DNA of 64,000 nt. It comes from Rotaria socialis. Lineage: Eukaryota. The position numbers and the translations under genes were made by a program. A model generated the notes under the pieces. The model had not been told where the DNA came from and did not search any database. It saw only the letters and a program-made list of their open reading frames with translations. Positions 53,799 to 64,000 of the stretch are shown piece by piece. Location of the stretch: contig CAJNYD010000023.1 in assembly GCA_905331295.1 (NCBI GenBank), positions 1-64,000 on the forward strand, read 5' to 3'. How positions within the stretch are numbered: the stretch's first letter is position 1; each line of letters begins with the position of its first letter.

Positions 53799-55228
53799 TG
53801 AATTTGAAACTGAAGTATGATTGTTAAGGTATGCTAGGAGCCTAGACTTTTGGGCTTCTACGACCGTTTCATGCAATCGACTCGAGTAAATTCCAAAAGT
53901 ATGTAGTCTCTCTAGCTTGGATATTCAGCCAAGATTTTCACTTCATTTATATGCAGTTTTACATGCTCTATGCGAAACCAATTTTTTCGAGTTTGCGAAA
54001 CAATGAAAATAGTCCAAAAAAACTAATTTTTTTGAAAAAAACGGATATTTTGCTGATTATTCAAAAAAGCAAGTTTTTTTTGATATTTTAAGTCAAAAAA
54101 AGGAGTTGAAAATTTTTTCAAATATACAGTTTTGTAGAGTTCAACCAGCTCTATCTAACCATAGATAAATAAAGAGAAAAAAAAATTTACTCGATTTTTG
54201 AATTACTCGCACCTTACATTCAATCAAATAGCAACTCCGATAGACAATATTGTTTTAATACTTCACCCAAAGTCAATATTATGTATATGTTGGAGTTGAC
54301 TCTAAAATTCAGTTCTCTTTAAAATTGAAGAGTCAACTAGTTGTTGTTTAAAATTGTGAAGCCAACTAGGATGTAGCTAGTTGACTCTTCAATTTAAAGG
54401 CAACTAGTTGACATTAAAATCAACTGGATGGAACTATTTGACTTGATGGTGTGGGTGAGGTGTGGGGTGTGGGTAAGACTCAAAGCTACACCCACATCCA
54501 CCCACCCAATTTTAATGTATTTTCATTTAAAACAAAACCGAGATATTGAATTAACTTGAACAAACATTAAATATTGACTGGAGATCTTCAAAGTAATTAT
54601 TCGATTAAATTACAAAATCATCAATTAATGTTATTTCAATACGGCGTTTAAATGTTTAGATCTAAAGAATCAACTTTACATAATGAATAACGCTACTTCA
54701 ATGGCAAGTAATTCTAAGAATATTCTACATAATTTCTTTATCGATATTTCTAGAAGTAAAGTAATCTTCTAAACAAAAAAGACAGATCATATAGCAAAAT
54801 TTACAAATGAACATAAGAAGTTATTTAAACAAAATACTCTATATACTATATCTGTTTAGATTGTTCTCTTTTGATCCCCGGATCAAATATCTTTAATCAT
54901 TATGAAGTGTCAACGTAATAGTTATGTGGAAACTCATTTTTTTCTCTTTCTAAAATACTTGTCATTTATCAAAAATAATGAGGGATTTGTATCAGCTATT
55001 TTTTTCTGTACTCCTCATTGATTAACATGTAAATTATAGTAATAGAAATGATAATGGTTAACAAAACAGATTTTTCAACTTTAAAATACATACTCCCAAA
55101 AACTTTTCAATGACATGATCAAATCTATCCAACAACTTATACTACAATTATCTGTTTAACTCTATGCTACTTTTTTTTATTACGTCTTTGAAATCGATGC
55201 TTACAGCTTTTTAGTAAAACCTTAGACA

Positions 55229-55516
55229 CCTAGGTCGAACAGTCCGGCCTGGAAACGGCCGGTTCTGAGTAGTTCCGTTGATTTTGTGGAAGCAGTATTC
55301 CGGTTGGAAATTTTTCCGGTGATTTCCGATCAATTCCTGCCGGAAAGCACCGGAGCTTGGCAGGAATTCGCCGGAAAAATCCGGCCGTATTTTTGACCGG
55401 AATACTGCTTCCATGTTCCAGCGATTTCCCGTGCTTTCCTGCAGGATATGGCGACTTTCCCGCATATTCCCGGGAGTATCCTACGAGATCCGGACACCGG
55501 AATGTTCGACCTGGGG
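55229..55516. mobile_element. CCCAGGTCGA-family MITE, CCGG/GGAA-rich interior
   Basis: CCTAGGTCGAACA ... TGTTCGACCTGGG(G). CA precedes the element and follows after one extra G. Confidence 0.85.
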
Positions 55517-55901
55517 CATAATAGCAGATATACTTGAATAGTAGACTAGTAGTAAGAGGTGGATTTATATTCAAAATCTATCTCATAAATTTTCATTAAA
55601 AAAGGTCTTTCCTTATTCTTTTAGTAATAACATTTTTCTCGTTGTGTTTTTGAAAATTTGAATTGCGCGTTGAACAAAAGCATAGAAATAAATGTTGCAT
55701 CAATTATGAGTTACTTCACAAAACTGACAAGTGTAAAACTAGAATTATTATCGCAAATTTATCTTATATATCAAATGTCTATTTCCGTAAACAGAAGAGT
55801 TCATCAACCTATTCATATTCTATAATGACATCCGCAATACATTAATTTGAAACTTATTCAAGTACAATGAAGCAGTCTTCTTTTTTTCTTAAAAGCAATT
55901 G

Positions 55902-56260
55902 AAAAAAGCTGTTAGCGCAATCCCTGTTGGATTAAAATGTGAAACACGATAATACTCCTTTTCTGTAATCCGTCTATCACAGTCAGTGACAATCAGTGAA
56001 GCTTCTCTGTTACGGTCTGTATTATGATGTATGGAATCTCTGGAAACCATCACAGACCGTTATAGAGACAATAAGTAACTAATTAATTAATTTCTCTGTA
56101 ACGATCTGTGTGTGTGTGGGGGGGGGNGAACATTGGAATGTGCAAAAGTATTACTTAATATCGCTCTTGAATGTGGCTATAGAAACTCAGGTTTAGTCAT
56201 ATCAAATCAAGGAAAAATTACACTTGCTATACTTCAACACTTCTTTCAGATCGTGTTTCC
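55902..56260 (-). mobile_element. HINE/DINE-1-like element, copy 2
   Basis: Shares GTTAGCGCAATCCCTGT, AAACACGAT, ACCATCACAGACCGT and CTTCAACACTTCTT.CAGATCGTGTTTC with 26121-26444. Confidence 0.65.
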
Positions 56261-56574
56261 CAGAATGATTTCTTAATTGCATATCTAGTTGAAACTAACT
56301 GCTAAGCCTATGTTTATTCTTTTCATTATCGTTGAGTACTTACAATATAGTAAAATAATCAACAAGTAAAAAAGAATAAAACATTACTTATATGTTTGAG
56401 TTTTTCAAATCATATCGATGTTTATTAATGAGCATTGCGCGCAGATAATGGAGGAAGAACTATTTTTTACGAATTTTACGTTTCACTGGCAGATATAATA
56501 ACATACAATTGAAGAAGAGTATCTAATTTTCTGGAAAATACTATGATAATTATATATTTTTTTGTAGACTTATA

Positions 56575-57700
56575 ATTAAGTGAGCAATAAATATATTGGA
56601 ATCAGCGATAAAATAGTTGAAATGAACAATAATCAAATTTAGCAATAAATATAGTGAACGAACAATAAATATATTGAATGAGCAATATATATTATGAATA
56701 CGCGATAATTATATTGAATGAGAAATAATCAAACAGAATGAGCAGTAATTAATTTACATAAAGCATAAAATTTATAATAAAAAGGGCAATAATAATTCGT
56801 TTCTTTGCAAAAATAAGGTTTTTTTCACCTTCATGAAATACTATATGTAATTTATACAAATGATTCAATCGCAACACGTAGCACATTATAATTCTGATTC
56901 TGAAAATGACATTGATATGCAAACTCAACCTTCTAGCAACACTGAAGCAGTTAAAAGAATTTAAAGTTGTCTTATTTTTTATAGTCAATAAATGGTCCAA
57001 AGAACGAAATCCTACTCTTATCAATTCAAAACTCTTCAAACATCAACTATCAATAACATTATCATGTTGAATTGATGCATACAATTGGGTTAAGCTGAAC
57101 AGAGACTTTATATCTATTTTGAATGGTGATACAACGATATATTATTTGTATCCTGGTGAAAAAGTTACAATAACAGATAAAGAAATAAAACGATTAGAAA
57201 CTTGTAGATTTAACTCGTGTCACACGTACAAGTCGATCTACTTTAATATACAGTGTGTATGTTTCTCTAGTAATGCTGACAAATGGAAAGAAGCAATCTG
57301 CACCTGTTCATCATTCATGAAAAATTATATATGCAAGCACATTATTGACATGTTCATTAGATTAAACTATTGGAAACCTCCATCTGAGGCAAAAAATGTA
57401 GAAATTAGTAAAAAAAAGAAAAAGAGACAAGCCATCGAAAGCAAAAAAAGCTTTATTGGTACAGTAATCGCTTATTTATGTTTCTTTTTTCTTTTTTTCT
57501 TGTCAATTGTAGATAAAAATAATGTAATTTTTCTCTTTTTTGTTGTTCAAATCCGAAATTAATATTGTTGTATAATAAGCTATTTATTGCTCATTTAATA
57601 TTATAAAATTGTTCAAATTAAGTTTTCTTACTGCTCGATAGTTACTGTTAAATCATATTTATCTTATTGTTTATTCCAATATTTTTATCGCTCGCATAAA
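56575..57700 (+). mobile_element. Defective MULE element carrying the transposase C-terminus (SWIM finger)
   Basis: CTCSSFMKNYICKHII (CxCx7CxH SWIM), KWSKERNP, and a frameshifted PSKAKKALLVQ* tail. Flanked by GAGCAATAAA repeats on the left and TTATTGCTC-like repeats on the right. Confidence 0.8.
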
Positions 57701-58189
57701 TACAAGCCTTTTTTGTAATCTTTTGACTTTTTATCAGCTTAAATGTTCATTATATATGTTAATCCTAGATTTTCTGTCTCCTAGAGAGACAACTACAATA
57801 CTCAATGTATTTTTCATGATAAAAATGCAACAAAAAACTATTAGCAAGAAATGTTTACTTTTGCTTCAATTTATAATGTAATTAACTTAATATAGTAATC
57901 TATATATATAGATGAAAAATAAAATCTAAAATCTCAAGAAATAATTGGAAAAACAAACAAGTCTAAAAGTACCTTTTACAAACGTTGAATTTAACATCAG
58001 CTGTGAATTGTATTTAGTTTGAACTATTTTTAGAAATTATACAAAAATCATTAGTAAGCCAAGGTCCTATTTACATTGATCAACTCATTAGAATCGAATC
58101 ATCATCATCACCACTTTTCTCAACATTTATCAAACTATGAAAATACCTCAGCGATAGATTCGAAGTTTGTAATTTTTAATGTGTACAAA

Positions 58190-59675
58190 TTGTTTGCTAA
58201 GTAAAAATATTAAAGTGCTAAGTTGACTTTTGCTCAGTAAAATTTATGTCTGCTCAGTAAAAAAATTAAATGCTAAGTAAAAATATTGAATGCTCAGTTA
58301 ATTAAAAGTTTCTCAGCAAAGAAAATATTTGCTAAGTTTGATAATTAAACACTAAGTAAAGATTTGTTTTGCTGAGTTAATACATCGAAATTACATTAAA
58401 AAAATGTTATCGCTAAGTAAAATTTATTTTTATCAAGTAACTTCAAATAATGGCGAAGTACAGGACTATCTAAAATAAGGCGTATTTTCTCCTGGTGGTA
58501 TGGTGTATGTATTTTCTCTCTTGCTTTCCTTGTATCAACATTAAACTGGTGTCATGACATATGTGTATTCCACCTGTATTTTCTTTCGTTCTGATNTTTT
58601 GTGACGGTACAACGATATGTAAGCTCATCAGAGTGAGACGATGAAATGGAAATCAATCAACAAGATATTCAAGAAAAGAGAAAGGTTCGATGTAAGCTTC
58701 TTTGGATTAAAGACAAAATTTTTCTGATGGTAACGAAGCTCAAATGGCAATTAAACAAGAAAAACAATGGAGTCGGTATTATACTAACAGAGGTTATGAT
58801 GGAATTAAAGTTCATTATCGCTGCAATCAAGTACAATTTCGTGGAAAACAATGTAACGCAGCATTATATCTACACTATCCAAATGATACCGATGAAGTAG
58901 TATTATTTCGTGGAGCAAATGAACACGATCATACAAATTCAATTCATCGCAAGGTTTTTCCTGAAGAAGCAAAAGAAAACATTGAAGAATTATTTGATTT
59001 ACGACTAAAACTAAAGAAGATACATCAAGTATTACAGGACAAAATTTTTAGGATTACATTTAATCAACTAAAAAATTATTTGGTTCGATTACGTAAAAAG
59101 AAATTTGGTCCTTCAACTTTAAGTTTGGGAGAATTGGAATCTTTATGTATTGAAAAATATACAGTACCACAAGCTGATGATGAACCGTTTGTTCTGTCAT
59201 ATAATGTTACTTATGAAGATGACGATGATGATGATAACAAATTTAGGTTTTTATATCGACGAAAAGGTTATGGAAAATTTCTTCCACGTCAACACGGTTA
59301 CATGCTGACGCTACTTATAAACTGAACTGGCAGGGATTTCCTGTACTAATAGTAGAAACAACTGATTATGATAGGAAGTTCCATCCATTTGAATTAGGAG
59401 TGTGTAGCGACGAAAAGCAACAAAAGCTCTCTTAGTACAATAACTGTACAATTAATTTTTTTACTTAGTTATTTATGTCATTTTACTTAACAAAAACTGT
59501 ATATTTATACTTAGATATTTACAATATTTGCCTAGAAAATTGACCGTGTCTACTTAGAATTAAAATAAAAAACTTAGCAAAAATAGTTTTTTTTACTTAG
59601 TATTATTTCCTATAAATAACTTAGCAAAAATTCATTGTTTTACTTAGCATTTAATTGATTTTACTTAGCATTAAA
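58190..59675 (+). mobile_element. Defective MULE element carrying the transposase N-terminus
   Basis: YRCNQVQFRGKQCNAALY..EHDH zinc-finger-like segment. After a frameshift near 59250: LHADATYKLNWQGFPVLIVETTDYDRKFHPF (first Asp of the MULE DDE), ending near 59425. GCTAAGTAAAA and TTTTACTTAGC arrays form inverted ends. Confidence 0.85.
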
Positions 59676-60346
59676 ATAGCAGCCATTTTTAATTGCTATG
59701 ATATTTTCATACTCTATAGTTTAGTGATATTAATTAATGAAAGAAAATTTATTGAACAGGTTCTCAACTCGATAGAACTTCTAGTTTGATTATTTTATAG
59801 TCTAAACTAAATTAATTTTTCATATTTAATAAGAGAAACTGCAAGTATCGATCCATTTATTATTTTCTACAAGTGAAATTGTTCTTCTAATTTCAGGCAT
59901 CCTAAGTGAAATTTTATTTTTAAGTAATTACAAATGATTGAAACTCAATTCATAGCTAATGGATATCATTTAGTGATTTCTTATCATATCTCAATAAAAC
60001 TAAATTAAAATCTTTTTCATAAATGATCTTAGTAACTCTAAACAATTTGTTCAATACGAGACATTTTTAATGCATTCCCCAATCAATGAGAATCGTAAAG
60101 ATGCATTGAATCACATTTCACTATATAGTATAAACTGAGAAAAATCTATTTAACTTCTTCAGTTCTTGTTTATCTAACTTTAAAGATATCTATTTAGCAT
60201 CAATATAGATTTCAAGCATATCCTTTTATTCAATAGCCGTTTTCATGTTATTTACATAGAAGACATACTATTACAATCAATTTCAAAGCATGTTAAAAGT
60301 GGAATGAAGAAACCACAGTAATATCTTTACCTTTGTAACATTATAA

Positions 60347-60541
60347 CATGCTGTGCAAAAGTCTTTGCAATAATGCCAGACGCTGTTAGACCATGTTGGA
60401 GACTTCTAATTCAGCTGAGTTTTTTCTTGTTGGAAAGAGCAGTGCCTGAACTTCAAATTTTGTACCAAACATATTTTTCTAGGACGAATCTGGAAATGAG
60501 GAAAAGCCAAGAACTAAACGCATGAAAAGAAATTCTGCAAC
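60347..60541. repeat. Inverted duplication, left arm
   Basis: Reverse complement of 62842-63038, with about 4 mismatches over the ~180-bp core. Confidence 0.92.
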
Positions 60542-60854
60542 TTCACCATCCAGCAGTATCATTCTCTATTTCTATTGGATTCTTTTAAAGTGAAAAAGAG
60601 AATGAATAAATCGCTATCAATGATGATTTTTGTAGCATAAAGGATGCTCTTTCCAATGGCGTATTGAAAGTTAAATTTAGTTTTAGTTTTTGTACTGAAA
60701 CATTGCTTTTTTTCGAGAGAGACTGACAAATTTGATCGTTCTCACAATGTGCCTAATTTGAAACTGCAAAAGCTATTTGTTAAGCTATTTTTGCTGTCAA
60801 GTTTCTAAGACTGATATATATCACATAAATAAAGCGAACAAACAGAGTTCATAC

Positions 60855-62606
60855 CAGGGTTACCAAATTCAAATTTTTGAAATCAGGAGTTTTTGTGGAA
60901 AAACAGGAGTTTATCAGGAGAAAAATCACGTGTGTTTTTTGTTTATATTGAATACTCATTTGATGGTTTTTATCTGATAACCACCCACTTTTCACTAATA
61001 GACACATTAACCTCTTTTCCTAATCAGATTGATGATGAAAACTTTTCTTGTAGGTATAGACCAATTAAAATTGTAAATACAATGTTGATTTCATAAATTT
61101 TATTTCAATAGATAATTAAAACGCGTTTATTAGGATACATGAAAAATAGAAATTCAACACTAAGTTCGAATTATGATGAATCAAAATCAAAGCATATAAA
61201 TACAAAGTAGAAAAAGCGTAACCAATTTAATCAGCAATTCGTGACACTTTTGCGACGTGACTGTACTTATCTGACGATCAAATCTGCTTCAAAAGATCTG
61301 GTTCATTTAAAAGATAATCATAGAATTGTGTGCAAGTAAAATGAGTATTCGTTTTAATCTTTAATCCAGGTCCAACAAAATCATGGTTCATTCGATTTCT
61401 ACTGTCATTCCATAAATATTTCATATGACTAAAGATTGTTTCACAAAATGCATTTGAAGCAGGAATGGAAAATATGAATTGAACAAGCTTTTTAAAGTTA
61501 GGAACACTTTCACCATCAAGTAAATAGGTCCACAAATGACCAGCTCTCACTGGATGGTTTTCTTTTTGCTTTGCATGGCATTTAGCATTACGTTCATTAT
61601 CATCGGAATCAAAATCTTGTATATCATCATCATCACATTCATCACATAAACTTTGAGCATCACTATTATCCACTTGTCATCAACTACACTGTTTTCAATG
61701 GAAAATTGTAAATTACAAACAACACATAAAGCTTTTGTAAGATTCGGTTTACATTCTCGCAAAAACGTAAAACAACTCGAATTGAATAACCACTCTTTTT
61801 TAAATTTTGAACCATAACGTTTATCTATTATTGTTGTTGTTGTCGATGATGATGATGAGTTGACAGATTCTGCAGCCGTGGTAGGTTTTGGTCTCACAGT
61901 AATACGTTCTTTCATAGTTGTGCTGATATTGATGGCACGCTTCGATGATTCTCCTTCCTCTTCCTTATGTTCTCTTTCCATTGTTATAATATATCTCTTT
62001 CCTGTCTCTCTTCTATCTCTCTCCTATATATACGTGTGTTATGTATAAAGATGTTACACTCTGGATATGTGAAGAAGCGAATAAACACCATTGCCTAGAG
62101 TAGCGCTAAGCTACTCCACCTCTATCCAGTTTATCTTAATATATCGACCAGCAAGGGCCATATTTCTCGTTACAACAGTTAAGGGGTCAACTTGTAAGGA
62201 AACATCGTCATGTAATGAATTTTATATCTCAATCTCATCAATATCAGTTATTGCTGGAGAAAACATTTAAAATAAAGATATTTCTTCGATTACTATATCG
62301 ATTTTTACACGAAAATGCTCAAAAATTGATTATTTAATTGAAATCGACTTTGATTCGAGAAAAACAAAATGCGATATATTTCTTTATTGGTTCTTATATC
62401 TGTTTAACGCTTCCATATATTTGCTTTTTTTCTCTTTGAAATCGCTATATAGGCTCAAAATGTCGCTAATCGTCACATTAACAAAAGCAGGAGAAATCAG
62501 GATAATTCGTACAAAAAACAGCTCTTGATATCAGGAGATTTTTCGTCAGAGAAAAAGTTCGAAAATCAGGAGATCTCTGGTCAAAACAGGAAATTTGGTA
62601 ATCCTG
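60855..62606 (-). mobile_element. Internally deleted hAT transposon
   Basis: TIR CAGGGTTACCAAATT / AATTTGGTAATCCTG; 8-bp TSD GTTCATAC (60847-60854, 62607-62614); CAGGAG subterminal repeats. Minus-strand ORFs give the N-terminus (KFKKEWL..ALCVVC) and the hAT dimerization domain (PNFKKLVQFIFSIPASNAFCETIFSHMKYLWNDSRNRM). Confidence 0.93.
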
Positions 62607-62841
62607 GTTCATACATGGTTCCTGATAGATATTCTTGAAAATTCATAATCTTTTTCAATGAGTGTTTCTTTTACAAAACTTTCGTCTTTCAATTTGTTTT
62701 TATGAATGATTCAAGAATGAATCTAAAAATCTTCCACAAGCTGGTATCGATAGAGTTTTCGAAACTCTACATTGTGGTGTTTGTTTTGTTAAAATTCTAC
62801 TCATGGAGTCTAAAATATTTCTGAAATACCGAGTTTTTTAG

Positions 62842-63038
62842 GTTGCAAGAACGTTTTTTTCATGCGCTTAGTTTTTGGCTTTTCCTCATTTCCAGATTCG
62901 TCCTAGAAAAATATGTTTGGTACAAAATTTGAAGTTCAGACACTGCTCTTTCCAACAAGAAAAAACTCAGCTGAATTAGAAGTCTCCAACATGATCTAAC
63001 AGCGTCTGGCATTATTGCAAAGACTTTTGCACAGCATG
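62842..63038. repeat. Inverted duplication, right arm
   Basis: Reverse complement of 60347-60541. Confidence 0.92.
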
Positions 63039-64000
63039 CTATTTGAGAAAGATATTCTCTATACATATGTCACAAGCATATCATTTAGAAGGTTCACTTT
63101 TCTTCTAGAATATCATTCAGTATAATTAACAGTATTACTTGAGAGAAGATACCAAGATGTATTACATGAAATAGCTTTTCTTTTTCTACATCGTTAATGT
63201 TTATTTTCATGAGTAGCATGATGAGTTCGATCATCCTAAAAAAATTCTCAGGAAGGAGGTTTTTTTTATAGAAATACTTATTTATATTATTGATCAAAAG
63301 ATAATTATAACAAAATAGCTTTTACCACATTCTGCATGAAGAAATATTCCTTTTAAACAAATTGGAGCCATAGAATTTTGAATATGAAGAAGTTTCTTTG
63401 ATGTTTCCATGGAGTAGGATGAAAAGTATGTAAAGATAGAACTTACCCTCGAGCCTTTTTATCAAGAAAATTGATAGGGCTTACATATATTAGATTTCTC
63501 TCTATATTGATCTACTCGGTACATTTTCTGAATATTGAAAACAGCGTTTCTTCTTTGAAGATTAATGACACTCGTTAAGATATATTTATAATCTGTCAAC
63601 AACCTCATTACTTGATATTAACGTAATTGAATCAATGGCTTTTAAAAGATTAAAAATTTCAGGCGGCAACTAAAATTATCAATAATTATATCAGAATAGT
63701 CACAACGCTGCTTAGGAAACTGTTTTGATAATCGCAGCTTATACGAATATAAGATTAATGACTTACGCATTAAGTTTAATTTTACCGATCGATAATTGAA
63801 TCATTTGATGATAGAAGAAAAAGTTCAATAAAAATTTGGTAGTTTTTAATATAATTGCATCAATTCAATGCAATTATGGTAAATCTATTATAATAGTAAT
63901 TCAAAATAAAACTGAATAAAAAGACCTAATCTTTATAAAAAGAAAGAAAGAAAACTTTATCAAAATATATCAGAAATCTGCATCACACGTGTTAAATAAA

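Noticed and set aside
53824..54216. Possible TTAA-flanked (Kolobok/piggyBac-like) element
   Set aside because: The inverted ends match too poorly and the right flank is TTAC; adjacent to the gap.
54290..54510. TAGTTGAC motifs and GGTGTGGGT/ACCCAC inverted runs as telomeric or G4 signals
   Set aside because: Short, irregular and in both orientations; most consistent with degraded TE subterminal repeats.
55211..55574. Two overlapping minus-strand ORFs (84 and 114 aa)
   Set aside because: They arise from the GC-rich MITE interior, which is poor in stop codons; no protein motif.

Overview
AT-rich eukaryotic DNA with many short (about 50-65 bp) GT-AG introns. The intron style and the ART, NHL-repeat and F-box/LRR-type families suggest a bdelloid rotifer; this is an inference. 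The window has three zones. (1) 1-10.7 kb is a decay zone: an NFX1 pseudogene with three MITE insertions in its last exon, an Aurora-kinase pseudogene, an F-box/LRR-family remnant, and a divergent spliced ADP-ribosyltransferase-like + NHL-repeat gene. (2) 10.9-51.2 kb holds apparently intact multi-exon genes: DCDC1-like (-), BBS2 (-), an ABR/BCR-like PH-C2-RhoGAP (+), a PLEKHB/evectin-like PH protein (+) and RPRD2 (+), with hAT, Helentron-type and Harbinger elements in introns or between genes. (3) 52-64 kb is transposon-rich, with a 100-N gap, two complementary MULE transposase halves, and an internally deleted hAT element enclosed by a young ~190 bp inverted duplication. No rRNA, tRNA or CRISPR array was seen. 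I cannot demonstrate a new biological system. The best candidates for follow-up are the ART-NHL fusion and the CCCAGGTCGA-terminated MITE family with interchangeable CpG-rich interiors. Family assignments come from motif recognition by eye, not from database searches.
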